Below, one piece after another: positions 1 through 11,452 of a stretch of DNA of 64,000 nucleotides. Positions within the stretch are counted from its first letter, which is position 1, and every line of letters begins with the position of its first letter. The notes below the pieces were generated by a model. That model worked only from the letters and a program-made list of their open reading frames with translations. It had not been told where the DNA came from and ran no database searches. The stretch spans positions 4,898,001 through 4,962,000 of the forward strand of contig CAKKNE010000003.1 in NCBI GenBank assembly GCA_918797485.1, read 5' to 3'. Position numbers and translations under genes: made by a program. Source of the DNA: Pelagomonas calceolata (Eukaryota).

Positions 1-1
1 C

Positions 2-1375
2 TGCGGTCGCCGGAGCTACTGCGGCGTGCGGTGCCAGCGTGAGGACTGGGCGTCGCACCGGGTTGCCTGCGGCGTCGCGCCGGCCGCCGCGTGCGCGGTG
101 TGCGCGCGTGGGGGGACGACGACGGCGCCGCCATGCGGCCACGGGTTGTGCGCGGCCTGCGAGTACGCGCTGTCGAAGCGACGCAAGCCCGGCCGGCCCA
201 AGTGCCCGCGGTGCCGGGCGCCGGAGCAGTCGGAAAGCGCCCTTATTCTCGAGGACGAGGTTCCACTGCTCCGCGCGCGGCACGCGGCCGTCGTCAGGAC
301 CGACGCCGCGGAGGCGCGGCGACTGCTCTCGCGGGCGGCCGAACGGTGCCGCGCGGCGCAGGCCTGGGAGGCAGCAGCAGCGCGGCGCGACGCTGGCCTC
401 GAGGGTCGCCGGAGCTCAAGGCGCCACGCGGTTCTCGCGGACCTTGAGCTCGGCGAGGCGCTCCTGGGCCTGGGCGACTTCGACGGCCGGCCGCCGCGTG
501 TGATTTTTTGCGCGCTTTTTTGGGTCACTACCCCGAAACGTCGGACGCGCGCAGCGCAGGCGCGGCGACGTCGCTCGGTCGGGGCCTCCCGCTCGCCGAG
601 GCGGGCGCGCCGGGCGAGCTCCCGGCCGCCACCGCCACCCTTTGGACGGGCCTCGCGCGGGCGCAACTCGAAATCGGCAACGCCGCTCAAATCCCGCGCC
701 GAATGTTTTTGTTTCCCTTTGCTCGTCGACGCGCCGGTCGCACAGGCGGGCGCGGCGCACAGCGCGACGAGGGCGACGGCCCGCGCCGACGCGCCCTGGC
801 AGGCGCACCACACTCTCGGCGCGGCGCAGGACCGCCTCGGCGAGCTCCGCGCCGCCACCGCAGCCTACCGTGCGGCGCTGGCGAAAGTCGGCGCGCACGA
901 CGCCGAACGCGCCACCGTGCTCTTTAATCTCGGCCGGTGCTGCCGCGCGTCCGGCGACCTCGGCGACGCTGTCGAATGTCTCCGAGACTGCCTCGCGGCG
1001 AGTCCCGAGGACGGCGCCGCCGCCCGGGAACTGGCCGTCGCGCTCGAAGCCGCCGGCGATTCCGAGGCCGCCGTCGCCACGCTTCGGAAATATCTCGTCC
1101 GGAGCCCCGCGGACCTCGAGACCACGCGGGCTCTCGGCGCGATTCTTTTCTCGCGCGGCGACCTCCTCGCGGCGAGGGAGGTCTTCTATGGCCTCGCGCA
1201 CAGAGCTCCGGACGACGTCGATGGGCTCGTGCGCCTCGGGCTCGTCCACGCGCGCCTCGGCGACGCGCGCGAGGCCGAGATCCGCTGGCGCCGCGCGCTG
1301 GCGCTCGACCCGGCGTGCGTCGAGGCGCGCGCGAACCTTGCAGGCGTCAGATCCCCCGCTGCCGCGGGACTTTGA
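2..1375 (+). CDS. MYND zinc finger + RING + TPR protein, 5'-truncated, spliced
   Basis: CGRRSYCGVRCQREDWASHR (MYND); CAVC..PPCGHGLCAAC..CPRCR (RING); TPR helices WQAHHTLGAAQDRLG, VLFNLGRCCRASGD. Probable GC-AG intron 486-559; second intron near 677-745 not resolved. Confidence 0.75.
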   Translation, partial: CGRRSYCGVRCQREDWASHRVACGVAPAAACAVCARGGTTTAPPCGHGLCAACEYALSKRRKPGRPKCPRCRAPEQSESALILEDEVPLLRARHAAVVRTDAAEARRLLSRAAERCRAAQAWEAAAARRDAGLEGRRSSRRHAVLADLELGEALLGLGDFDGRPPRVIFCALFWVTTPKRRTRAAQARRRRSVGASRSPRRARRASSRPPPPPFGRASRGRNSKSATPLKSRAECFCFPLLVDAPVAQAGAAHSATRATARADAPWQAHHTLGAAQDRLGELRAATAAYRAALAKVGAHDAERATVLFNLGRCCRASGDLGDAVECLRDCLAASPEDGAAARELAVALEAAGDSEAAVATLRKYLVRSPADLETTRALGAILFSRGDLLAAREVFYGLAHRAPDDVDGLVRLGLVHARLGDAREAEIRWRRALALDPACVEARANLAGVRSPAAAGL

Positions 1376-1416
1376 TACTTGTAGTCCCTGGCAGTATCTC
1401 GAGCTCGGGCGGGCCC

Positions 1417-1480
1417 TAGAGAGAGAGACACTTATTGTGCCCACCCAATGCCCACCCCTAGGTAGTACGGACCCCGAACG
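1417..1480 (+). repeat. Short dispersed repeat (GA)n-CTTATTG-CCCACC-TAGTACGGACCCCGAACG
   Basis: Also at ~38080-38111 (partial) and reversed at ~49318-49373. Confidence 0.6.
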
Positions 1481-2124
1481 CAGCCGGCTACGGATACGGG
1501 TAAAAGTGCACTTATGGTATGTGTAAGTTTACCTTTTCCGAGCGTGTTTTTGGACGATATGTCCCCAGTGCGCGGCCTTCGCGCGGCTTCGACGAGGCGC
1601 CGGGGCGCTGCCGGGGGTCCCCTCGGATGGGCGCGCAACCGAAGCCGCGCAAAACGCTGCCCACGCAGCCCATCATGCCCTCAAACGGCGCACGGTCCCC
1701 TCCCAGCTATTGTATAAGAAAAAGTCGAGGGGTTCTGTAAAAGTCGGTATCCCATTCGCTTTCTCGAAACCTAGCTTTGGCGATGATTTTGGCGATAGTT
1801 CACCACCAACTGCCACCTACGCGCACCGTGACACCACCGAACACCGCCCGCGCGCACCGTGGACCCCAGGGGACGCGGACATTGTTATCTTTACTGGAGG
1901 TGTATCCCTGCGACCCAGAGTGCAGAACCCCCCAAGGAATTATATAAGAAAAGCTCGGGGGGTCCTGCAAAAGTCGGCATCTGATTCGCTTTCTCGAAAA
2001 TGGCAGTGAGCCCCTTATTATTCTGCGCCCGCGGTTCTCGGGGGTGTGGGGGGCGGGGGCGCGTACCCCCGGAACCACGGGCCACGTGGATGGTGGTCTT
2101 AGGGGTGGTTGTCTGACGTCACCC

Positions 2125-2566
2125 CTAGGGTGCGATTTACGCGGAAAAAACGCGTAAGTTACACGTAAAGCACCGCTACAGGAGATCCCACGTAAAAAAC
2201 GGCGTAAAAAAGAAGGTATCCAAAAGTCCTTCCAGGGCTCTTCCCGAAGCCGGCGCTAGCGGCCCTCTAAGACTCTAGCTCGCGATCAGCAGCTCGCAGA
2301 GTGTGGCTGCCCCAAACGTTGTCAGAGCCGAGCCAATTGCTAGTTGCATGCTGTTGCGAGCAAGGTGTGCACTCTAGGTGTGCGCTTATGCGCCGTGCTC
2401 GTGCTGCTATTGAGCTGCGTGGCCACCAAGGCCTTGTTTAGGGGCTCTGGCTGCGTGTGTGCGGGTTTTATAAATAAATGCACGCGTAAATTACGCGTAA
2501 ATTACGGCGTAAATGACGCTGGGCCGTTTCTCACGTAAAGAACGCCGTGCGTAAATCGCACCCTAG
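2125..2566. mobile_element. hAT-like MITE, 442 bp
   Basis: 18-bp TIR CTAGGGTGCGATTTACGC; perfect 8-bp TSD CGTCACCC at 2117-2124 and 2567-2574. Confidence 0.85.
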
Positions 2567-2730
2567 CGTCACCCCGGGTCTAACGTGCGGGTTGCCCATA
2601 CACGGTCTGTACCGTTAACGGTACAGACCGGCATCACACGTGTTTCCTTTAAAAAGAAGACGCGCGGTGCGGGTTTGCGTGGTTAAAGAACTGTTTAGGT
2701 TCCTGCCATCGCTAGGTCCATCGTTCCTAG

Positions 2731-3807
2731 TCAAGCGCTCAAATTCGGGCCTGAAGAATCGATGTAGAGCTCTAAGCTCCACAGCGGGAGACATCGCAGA
2801 CAGGCGCTCTTGAGATTGTGGCGCTTGATGTAATTGGCGATTGCATTGGGCTCGATCTTGTGGCCCTCTGCGGCTTGTATGACCTCCCAGGGCTTGGGAA
2901 AACCAATCCAGTGCACAATTTTTGTGTTTTTTGGCATGGTTTGCCCGTTAAAATACGGACGAACATTGAACTCAGGACCCAGTGGGATGACTGCATGTTT
3001 GTTCTCGCGCCAATGTGAAACTAAGACGTCCTGTTCCGTCGGGTTGCTGCGATCCGGAGCATATTTTCCAGCGACGAGGCGGCTGACTAGCTGGGCGAGC
3101 GTTTTTCGGCTCGGATGGTAGGCAAAAACCCCAGAGTTAAAGTAGTAGGGGTCTTTGGGTGCTTGGCGAGGTTTGTCCACAAGGCCGCGGCCATAGACAG
3201 CCGAGATGCTTCCCTTTGCACATGACGCTACGAGTGTAACCACATCCTGCCGCGTTGTTGCCCTCATAAACAAAGCATCAGCGTCTACGTATAGCGCCCC
3301 GCGCCTAACGTACCGCCCAATGCCCCACGCAAAAAGTTTACTGTATGTTGCCTTGCGCTTCTGCGCTGCAGTGACTGCCATGATACTCTTAATTTGCTGA
3401 ATCCTTTTACCACTGGTACACTCGAGGCCCACCGCACTCAGGAAAGGAGCCACTGTCGAAAGCCCCACAACATAATATTCCAATGGACGTATTATCCTCA
3501 TAAGTATTGAAAAGGGTGGAGCGTCGAGATCCACAACAATAACATGCGGGAGAGAAGGCGTTAAAATGTGCTTTAGCGATGAATGGAGAGCTGATAATCC
3601 GGGAGCGTAGGCCTCGGATGACAGCACGGTCACGAGTGCATGGGTCGCGGGGAGCACCGGTTCCCGACCAGGCATCAGCCCCAGCTTGATGCGACGAAAT
3701 AATTGGCACGGTTGAGTTTCATTCGTCAACTTCGCGTCCAGTTTGCCTGACACCAAAAAAACGAGGGAAAGCTTAATTGAACGATGGTTCATATGCAGTA
3801 ATTTCAC
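2731..3807 (-). CDS. Glycosyltransferase family 8 (glycogenin-like)
   Basis: YSKLFAW, LYVDADAL (DxD), YFNSGVF, EQDVL, KIVHWIGFPKPW. Start codon uncertain. Confidence 0.85.
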   Translation of the reverse strand: MKLLHMNHRSIKLSLVFLVSGKLDAKLTNETQPCQLFRRIKLGLMPGREPVLPATHALVTVLSSEAYAPGLSALHSSLKHILTPSLPHVIVVDLDAPPFSILMRIIRPLEYYVVGLSTVAPFLSAVGLECTSGKRIQQIKSIMAVTAAQKRKATYSKLFAWGIGRYVRRGALYVDADALFMRATTRQDVVTLVASCAKGSISAVYGRGLVDKPRQAPKDPYYFNSGVFAYHPSRKTLAQLVSRLVAGKYAPDRSNPTEQDVLVSHWRENKHAVIPLGPEFNVRPYFNGQTMPKNTKIVHWIGFPKPWEVIQAAEGHKIEPNAIANYIKRHNLKSACLRCLPLWSLELYIDSSGPNLSA

Positions 3808-4548
3808 GGAGTACTACCACATGGTAACTTGTGCTGCACAAGCAGCATATGTCTCAAGAACCAAGTTTCTCCGGTCTGATGTCGCATAAGCCCCGGGGCT
3901 GAAGATCCAGCTACAAGCTACCGCGGTGAGGCAAAAGTACCGTAGGTACCGTAGGTATGTCGCAGCCTTATGTAAGGTAGCAGGGTCCTGGCTCACCAGC
4001 CGAGGGCTGGGCCAACCTAACTACGAGAGTGTTTTATAGGAAATTGTTGTTACACCGTAGCGTCAAAGACACTCGCTGTATACTGGGCTGCTCAGCAGCA
4101 TCGGACACTCGGCGCCCCGTCCGATAGAAAAGTCCGTCGGCCGCGGTTCGCCTCACGGCTCGTCCGATAGGTGGATACATACTTGGTTCTAGTGGGGTGC
4201 GTCCTAGTATGTCCATACGCTAGGTCACTGTGTCTAGCGGCTCGCCAAAATGCACCAGCGATTGACGGTGCCTTCTACCGTCCAAATGGTACATCATATC
4301 AACTCCAGCCCAGTTTTTATACACATTCGACGGAACCGGAGCCGACGGCCCGCGCTCGGAGGGCGGGAAAAGAATTCTACTAGACAACTCCCGAGTTTAT
4401 GTTCGTTTCCTTCCATTTGTTAGGGGTAGAGTCCATGCAGCCGGCCAGAACGTCTAGTGAGCACTGGCATGATCATGTACTCCGTTAGAGCCTCGCCGCG
4501 AAGCGACTTCGCGGCCCCCGCGTTTTCATAAGACCCGGCTTGAGTTCC

Positions 4549-4790
4549 AGGAAGGGGGGAGTGAGGTGAAAACTCCCCTAGATATATATCTGCAACGCCA
4601 TAGCCCCCCATCGCCGGATCATGTGATGCATGGCATATTGCCTCGCCTATCAGCACGCGCATATCAGCCCGCGTGCCGGGCTGATGTTTTTACTATATCC
4701 CGTATCTTCTTACTTATCCAAGTGGATCAAGCCCGGCGCTAAGTAGGCGCCGTAAAAACACCGGGGTGAACCTAAAGTAAGTTCACTTCA
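4549..4790 (+). mobile_element. Gypsy-family LTR (4562-4790) preceded by polypurine tract
   Basis: PPT AGGAAGGGGGGAG, then TGAGGTGAA...TTCACTTCA (TG..CA, inverted ends); the same LTR follows the integrase ORF at 52952-53565. Confidence 0.8.
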
Positions 4791-5030
4791 TCACTGGCAT
4801 ACCAAATCTATAAGCATGCCGCATAGTGAATAGACCCCTCTCCAACAACTTTGAGAAGAAGTCCGCAACATTGTAATTTCCGGGACACCAGTAGGGCCTG
4901 ATTATTCCATGCTCATGATAGTTCGAGTCTCTTATTCTGAACTCTCGCAACGCCACCACTGTCTGGGTGCTTGTGTCTTCCTGCACGGCGGAACTGGTCA
5001 GCAACCCCGTCAAAGACGTTATTAACATTT
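4783..5030 (-). pseudogene. Ty1/Copia pol RNase H C-terminal remnant
   Basis: AGRHKH/VALREFRIRD..GIIRPYWCPGNYNVADFFSKLL matches Copia RTKHI.IR.HFIRE..N.AD.FTK.L; frameshifted. Confidence 0.75.
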
Positions 5031-5322
5031 GCTGCGTGGCTTGGAAGCAGGGGGCCCGGGGTTCCCACACTCTCACGTTTCAGCGAGAGTCCTTCCTGTT
5101 GGTATCTCAGTGTCACATTGACACCCGAGAGACCTAGCTACAACAGCTGCATTGTGCACTTGCTGCACCCAGCTCATCAGATTCAAGCACATACCAAAGC
5201 TGATAGCTGAAGTCGCGTGAGAGCGACACCCCGGGCTGGCCCTCACCATAGACTGCAGTGGAACTCCCATCTCTGCAGCACTACTGGTCGTGTAGCTGCT
5301 GCGACAGCAGCTCAGCAGCGCG

Positions 5323-6243
5323 TTATCTGACGCCACATGGGAAATATACGGCACCTCTGCGCCGCACAGCATACTTACATTTCGCTGCACGCCAGGAAGC
5401 ACCGAAGTCAGCACCGCATGTTTCAATGGCTGCGTCGATGTCAGGAGGCTGCTCGCCAATGCCATGGTGCGTGAGAAAAGCTACAAGATTGGCTAGAATG
5501 CGACGGGCATCATCCTGTTGGCGGTCAAAGAGATGCACAGTGTGCAGATGGTCCTTGATGGCAACACAGGCAACGAAGGCCTGATATACGAGAAATGCTG
5601 CTTTCGCCTTAAGTGCTTGAGATGTCTGGTCGACGTAAGCGCGTGTACCCGCAGCCTTGCGGCGCCGACGGCCCCAAATGGGAAAGGCTATGCGTGGGGC
5701 TCCGACGCACCCGCCCTCGACAGATGCAGTGCGATGCAATGTACGCTTGCGTACCCACTGATCTGGGTGGCGAAGCGAGAGCACGACTGGCACGTGCCTC
5801 TCGTGCGCATCGTAGAGCTGCCAGAATTGGTGCCCTACTGGTGTATCTGCGAGGACATCGAACCGGAGCGCATTGCCAGGATTGGAATATTGGGTTGCCG
5901 TGCCGTTTCCTTCAACGTAGTGACCAACCTCGATCCCAAGCGCCACCTCTACCGCACATGAAAGCCATCTTGAACCGGTCGATCCTGCACCCGCAAACAG
6001 CGCGCGGTTGCCTCCGTTTGTTGTCACTAAGGTACGAAGCGCGGGATCGCGATGACACACTGACGTCGCATACTCTGTCTCGTATAGCGTGATCGCAGCG
6101 TCGACTATCGTTGTCGTAATGTTCAGGCGGAGACCAAGAGCACGTGCGTGGAGACCGAGATGCGCTACGCTACACAGCTGGCGCATGCGCTGCGCGTAAG
6201 AGACGACGGATAATAATTGAAGAGCTACGAACACAAATTTCAT
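5323..6243 (-). CDS. Secreted/Golgi sulfotransferase-like protein (Sulfotransfer_4-like)
   Basis: Signal peptide; AGAGSTGSRWL PAPS loop; FDVLADTP; VVLSLRHPDQW. Confidence 0.65.
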   Translation of the reverse strand: MKFVFVALQLLSVVSYAQRMRQLCSVAHLGLHARALGLRLNITTTIVDAAITLYETEYATSVCHRDPALRTLVTTNGGNRALFAGAGSTGSRWLSCAVEVALGIEVGHYVEGNGTATQYSNPGNALRFDVLADTPVGHQFWQLYDAHERHVPVVLSLRHPDQWVRKRTLHRTASVEGGCVGAPRIAFPIWGRRRRKAAGTRAYVDQTSQALKAKAAFLVYQAFVACVAIKDHLHTVHLFDRQQDDARRILANLVAFLTHHGIGEQPPDIDAAIETCGADFGASWRAAKCKYAVRRRGAVYFPCGVR

Positions 6244-6805
6244 TTGTGTTGAGCCATCGCATACGAGTTGTACTGCGGTACGACGTCTGTCAAAACCTCA
6301 TACTGCGGTACCTACGGTACGGTACTGGTACCAAGTACCGCAGTAAGGCACCCATACCGCAGTAAGGGGTACTACAGCGATTGTGCTATGTAGCAAGAGT
6401 ATGTCGCTATGGGCAATCCATGGTGGACTGCAATGGCCATTAGAGTTCTAGCTGTAATGAGACTGCTCATTGGGGAATAGGTGGCATACTCAGGCTAGTA
6501 ATCGAGACCAGATCGTGCTAGGAAACCTCTGACTACTAAACGCGCCTTGTGTTTCCGATAAGTCCCGTCAGCATCCCGCTTAGCGTCGATAGACACTCAA
6601 TGTATAGACTCAAATTTAGAGAGTGGGAGATACATATCTATTGCATGGGCGTGCTGAATCGTGCTGCGGTTGCGTTTGCGAGGCTGCTGCGGCGCTGGCC
6701 AAATGCAACTGTGAAATAATAGGTACTAAATTACCGGTGATTAACCGTTTAATGCCAACCTAGCTCCCGGGGGCCCTTACTTACTTTGCAAGCTTACCCA
6801 GGAGC

Positions 6806-8110
6806 TTACCCTGGTGATTTATCTCCATGATGCCGTGGCGGCCGGCACCACCGTCGGCGCGCTGCCGAGTCATTTTGAAACGCCAAGGTGAGCATATCCT
6901 CCACTGGGACTTGGACACGTGCGGAAAGGCAGTCGTTGATACCATAGGTAACGATCAAATCGCCGGATCCCGGCGCGCGCGCGTAGCCGGAGACAAACTG
7001 AATGAGATCACACCGGTCCGGTGCGTCCAACGACGGAAAACAGAAGGGCCGCGACATCGTGACGATCTGATGCGGCGGGTCGTGCCGCCACAACACGATG
7101 TAGTGGATGTAGACCGTGCCCGGTGGTGGTCCGCGGTACGAGGCCGCCCACGACGACAATGGCGACAGCAAAGGCAGGAACCGTGCCGTCGCGTTAATCT
7201 CGTCGGTATGGACGTGGCCGAACGAGAGACGTAGGCCAGGGCACCACGCGTCGACGGACAGCGGACTCCCGTTGTGGTGGAGACGTCGGCCGCGCAGACC
7301 GACGCCCGGTACCGCGTTTATCGGCCGTTGAAGAAGCGGTGGGACGCCCCTTCGTACATCTGCGACATTCTGGTCGAGCCAGTGAAGCAGCGAGAAGGGG
7401 TCTGCGGCTGTTCCGTCCCAAACAATCCCAAGATTTTTCCCGAAACGGGTTACGTCGAGCGACGCCGGCGATGCCACGTCAGCATGTGCGAGCCAGCGCT
7501 TGCGCGCGGTAATGGTGTTATTTCTGCGCAACACGTCAATAGAGTGCAGGTAAAACTCAGCGACGTCCCGCCTGATGCCGCGCTTGCGTTTGCGGCCGTA
7601 GAACACTGACGTGGCGTATATTCGTCCAGCGATGGTTTTCAGGAAAACGTCGTAGCTACCGTAGTCTGCGGGCCTGGCGGACTGAGCTTCGTGCACAACA
7701 TCCCGAAGACACGCGAGCTCGCGAAATGTCCTATCGTAAAGGCAGAGCATACCACGAATATGGAGCGGCGGCTCAATGGGGGCTCGGCCGCAAAGCAGTT
7801 CGCAGAAGCCGCCGCGGTAGCGGAACGCGACGAGATAGACAGGGTCGCCGCCCTTCTGTCGAAGCACGGCCCTCGTCTCTAACGGTAGGGGCGCGACGCT
7901 CGGATTGAAGAGGTGCGCCCCGCCAAAGGAGACTGGACGCACATCGAGCACCGCAAGCGCCCTGCCAAAGAGTTCGACCGGCGAGAATGTTGCAGTGCCC
8001 CAGCCGCACCGCTGGTGAGCGGGCCGCGCGCCGGCGCACGCGATTAAGGACGTCGCAATACACGTCCGTGCCCTGGTGTATGATGGCATCAACCGGTGGG
8101 CGACAGCCAA
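6806..8110 (-). CDS. Five-bladed beta-propeller carbohydrate-active protein (GH130/GT91 beta-mannosyltransferase-like)
   Basis: LFNPSV, KNLG, SRPFCF, IQFVSG, LIVTYGINDC motifs; family assignment tentative. Confidence 0.5.
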   Translation of the reverse strand: MAVAHRLMPSYTRARTCIATSLIACAGARPAHQRCGWGTATFSPVELFGRALAVLDVRPVSFGGAHLFNPSVAPLPLETRAVLRQKGGDPVYLVAFRYRGGFCELLCGRAPIEPPLHIRGMLCLYDRTFRELACLRDVVHEAQSARPADYGSYDVFLKTIAGRIYATSVFYGRKRKRGIRRDVAEFYLHSIDVLRRNNTITARKRWLAHADVASPASLDVTRFGKNLGIVWDGTAADPFSLLHWLDQNVADVRRGVPPLLQRPINAVPGVGLRGRRLHHNGSPLSVDAWCPGLRLSFGHVHTDEINATARFLPLLSPLSSWAASYRGPPPGTVYIHYIVLWRHDPPHQIVTMSRPFCFPSLDAPDRCDLIQFVSGYARAPGSGDLIVTYGINDCLSARVQVPVEDMLTLAFQNDSAARRRWCRPPRHHGDKSPG

Positions 8111-8286
8111 TTAGACAGACGGGAAGGCGGTGGCGCGATGCTCGTTGTGCGCACCGCGCCGGTCCCCATACAGTTTGCTATCCATTCCTCCCCGGCACTG
8201 GGCAAATATGCACTTAATAACAGGACTGCGGTACCGTGTAGGTACCTACGGTACAATTGTACCTACCGTATAGATACCGTAGGTAC

Positions 8287-8495
8287 TAGCAAGAGTATGT
8301 CGCAGCGTTATGTAAGTAGCAGGGTCCTAGCTAACCAGCTTAGAGCTGATAGGCCTGACTGCGAGAGTGTTTTATAGTGAACTGTTGTTACACCGTAGTG
8401 CTTTTGACACTCGATGTATAGACTCAAATATTAGAGAGTGGGAGATACATATCTAGGGTAGGAAGGGCTAGTAGGTTTCTCTCTCTACTCCCCCT
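8287..8495 (-). mobile_element. Copia-family LTR 'R' (8287-8487) with PPT (8488-8495)
   Basis: Minus strand AGGGGGAG, then TAGAGAGAG...CTCTTGCTA; near-identical to 21251-21452 and 50989-51191. Confidence 0.8.
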
Positions 8496-8614
8496 GGGCG
8501 CGAGCGTCCACTAGATGCGCTTCCACTAGAGGATGTATCAACTCAGTCTATTCACAGGCAAAGTCCATGTGACAAGTGATAGGCTTCATAAGCAACAGAC
8601 TTCTTCACGCCAGT

Positions 8615-9705
8615 GACTTCGACCCCCCCCCACAACGACCCCCCCCTTACGTAACATGCCTAAGTCGCTGTCCCCGCCCCGATTTCGGTTGCCGTGAGGC
8701 TCCGCAGGGTTTGATATCGTAGCGCAGCTCCGATTGTGACTTCTAAAGGGTTGCACTTGTCCTCAGTCCCGAAAGTCGTCGATTTATTTATGTCGCCGCG
8801 TACGCCGAGAACCTCGAATCGGTCTCTCGCGATGCTAAGACGGCCACTACGATAAGCCAAGATGACCGTAGCTTCGCCCGATCGTACCAGGATAGCAGCC
8901 GCGCGGAGGGCAGCTTCTGCGCACGCCCGGCGAGATTTTGTGCGTACGAAGGTGGGGATTCGACTGTAGCTGGATCTTGGCGCTACGTGCGTCTTTTTTT
9001 ATGCTGAAAAGCAGAGTACCCCGCATTTCCGGGCGCTCGGGCAGCCCAAGTGATGCACCTGCTTCCAGTATACGATACGGCTCAATTGCGCTGCTATATT
9101 CGCATCGTGCGGGAATATCTCGTATATTCGGCCTTTTCTCGTAGGCACGTTAGGTAAGGGGGGGGTCTAAGTGCCCTACCATCCTGGCCTACCTAGAAAA
9201 GGCCGAATATACACTCGGGCACCCGCACGATGCGAGGATAGCCGCGCAATTGAGCCGTATCGTATACTTGAAGCAGGTGCATCACTTGGGCTGCCCGAGC
9301 GCCCGGAAATGCGGGATACTCTGCTTTTCAGCATAAAAAAAGACGCACGTAGCGCCAAGATCCAGCTACAGTCGAATCCCCCACCTTCGTACGCACAAAC
9401 TCTCGCCGGGCGTGCGCAGAAGCTGCCCTCCGCGCGGCTGCTATCCTGGTACGACCGGGCGAAGCTACGTTCATCTTGGCGTATCGTAGTGGCCGTCTTA
9501 GCGTCGCGAGAGACCGATTCGAGGTTCTCGGCGTACGCGGCGACATAAATAAATCGACGACTTTCGGGACTGAGGACAAGTGCAACCCTTTAGAAGCCAC
9601 AATTGGAGCTGCGCTACGATACCAAACCCTGCGGAGCCTCACTGCAACCGAAATCGGGGCGGGAACCGTAAATGTGGCCAAGATGGTAAGGGGGGGGTCG
9701 TTGTG
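8615..9705 (+). mobile_element. Outer copy of the same CAC...GTG element, interrupted
   Basis: GACTTCGACCCCCCCC[insert]CCCTACCATCC...GGGTCGTTGTG; body essentially identical to 46336-46881. Confidence 0.8.
8631..9173 (-). mobile_element. Non-autonomous CAC...GTG DNA transposon, nested copy
   Basis: Ends CACAACGACCCCCC and GGGGGTCTAAGTG; inserted in the C-run of the outer copy with CC duplication. Confidence 0.8.
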
Positions 9706-9716
9706 GAGCCGTATCG

Positions 9717-9896
9717 TATAAGTAGCGGCAGGGTCCTAGCTAACCAGCTTAGAGCTGATAGGCCTGACTGCGAGAGTGTTTTATAGTGAACTGTTGTTAC
9801 CCGTGCTTTTGACTGACACTCGATGCGCGGGACTCAAAATATCGAGAGTGGGAGATGCCATCTAGGGTAGGAAGGGCTAGTAGGTTTCTCTCTCTA
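9717..9896 (-). mobile_element. Copia LTR 'R', degenerate copy
   Basis: Aligns by eye to 8310-8487. Confidence 0.75.
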
Positions 9897-9961
9897 GGTA
9901 CCTACCGTAGGTACCTACGGTACCGTAGGTACCGTAGGTACCGTAGGTACGGTACCTACGG
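9897..9961. promoter_or_regulatory. GGTACCGTA/TACGGTACC motif array (representative copy)
   Basis: Recurs just 5' of many genes; regulatory role is inferred only. Confidence 0.45.
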
Positions 9962-10037
9962 CACACCCGGAGTGAAATGTACCAGGCATCCCAACTAGTC
10001 GAGCGAGTTGCAACCACCATTAATTCTGGTGTGATAG

Positions 10038-10964
10038 ATGCCAGGTCTAATCGCTCTGCCTATAACTGTCGCCGCGGGGGTTGTATCGACGATAAAGGGG
10101 CAAAACCAAATTATCGGCCCCCGTCCATGCACCTTCCCGCTACCCACGGTCGCGGTTTCAATGAATGCTTCTACTGAACACGCCTACTCTTGGCGCTACA
10201 TGGCCGCAACGCGTGGCGTCGACGCGTTTCAAATGCGTCGAGGCGTTGATAGCAGCGACGAAAGGACAATGGCAACGTTTATTCCCCTCGAGTTGCGGCA
10301 CAGCATCCTTCGCCTCACGGCAGACTTGCGAAAGATTGTATACAGGAAGATTTCTAATTGGGCGGTGACGCGGTCTCTCTGCGCAGATGTAATCCGCGGT
10401 AAATTCAGCGCGAGGGGACATCCCAGCGGTGCGGTCCTTAAACTAGAGGATGATGCACAGTTCCTGCCTGACTTCTGCGGGGCTTCCACCCGCGTCCTAG
10501 AAGCCCTGCCATCGCGCGGCGATTGGGACATACTGTACCTGGGACACTGCGCCGAGGCAACTCACCGAGTTCGCTCCTGCCACCGCATCCAGGGCGCCCC
10601 GCGCGGCCATGAGTTCGTATCGAAGGGAAAGAAACCGATGTGCACACACGCGTATGCCATCACTCGGCGTGGCGCTAGGCGAATTTATGACCTACTAGAA
10701 GGCTGGCCCAGCGTCTATCTGGAGAGGGTCTTGGCTGCAGCCGAGCCAGGCAAGGGGTTCCCGGGCAACAACACACCCCGCATATTCTGGCAAGTGGACT
10801 GGGGACACGACTTCGAATTAGCACATTTGATTAAACGGAACGAGCTCGACGCGTTTTTGGCGTGGCCGCCGACGGTGGTGCAGCCGTGGCAGCTGAGCCG
10901 TAGGGCGAGTTCCGATGACATTTTGCGGCCTGCCCCCTCGGTGTTGCCGGCGGCGTGCGGGTAG
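10038..10964 (+). CDS. Glycosyltransferase family 25-like
   Basis: LEDDA, DWDILYLGHC, CTHAYAITRRGARRI, AWPPTVVQ. Confidence 0.75.
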   Translation: MPGLIALPITVAAGVVSTIKGQNQIIGPRPCTFPLPTVAVSMNASTEHAYSWRYMAATRGVDAFQMRRGVDSSDERTMATFIPLELRHSILRLTADLRKIVYRKISNWAVTRSLCADVIRGKFSARGHPSGAVLKLEDDAQFLPDFCGASTRVLEALPSRGDWDILYLGHCAEATHRVRSCHRIQGAPRGHEFVSKGKKPMCTHAYAITRRGARRIYDLLEGWPSVYLERVLAAAEPGKGFPGNNTPRIFWQVDWGHDFELAHLIKRNELDAFLAWPPTVVQPWQLSRRASSDDILRPAPSVLPAACG

Positions 10965-11452
10965 TTAGCTACGAACTTTACTGCGTGTCCTGAATCCTGC
11001 CAGGGATACTTCATTCGAGCCTCGCCTCTTGTGCTCGTGAACCACTCGCGCCATTGAGGTCGCTTGGGTCCCGGTGCGCGTGGTCGTCTTATTAAGAAAG
11101 GGGCCTGACCCTCTAGCCTGACCCTAGTATTATAGCCTGAGACAGGGACGTAGACAGGGCCGGCACCCAAATTGGGTGCGATCATGATTTTCAATTAGCA
11201 ACCCAAACCCGGAAACTCGGCCCGTTTGGTCCCAGGGGAATCCTAAGCACACGGCGACACTAGCTTGCCACGGAGGTGCCCCCCTCTAGATGGGGTGAGG
11301 TGCCCAAAATGGCCTAACGTGCGGGTATTTGGCTTAACTCGCGGTTTTCAGGGGGAGCGGGTTATTGACCCCGGATCCCCTATGTGATCCTCCGAGGGGT
11401 AATTGTAGGTTAATAACGGGTAATTAACAGGTAAGTGCCAACCTAGCCACCA

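Noticed and set aside
8660..9786. Short ORFs in the 546-bp element
   Set aside because: No transposase motifs; they recur only because the element is repeated.
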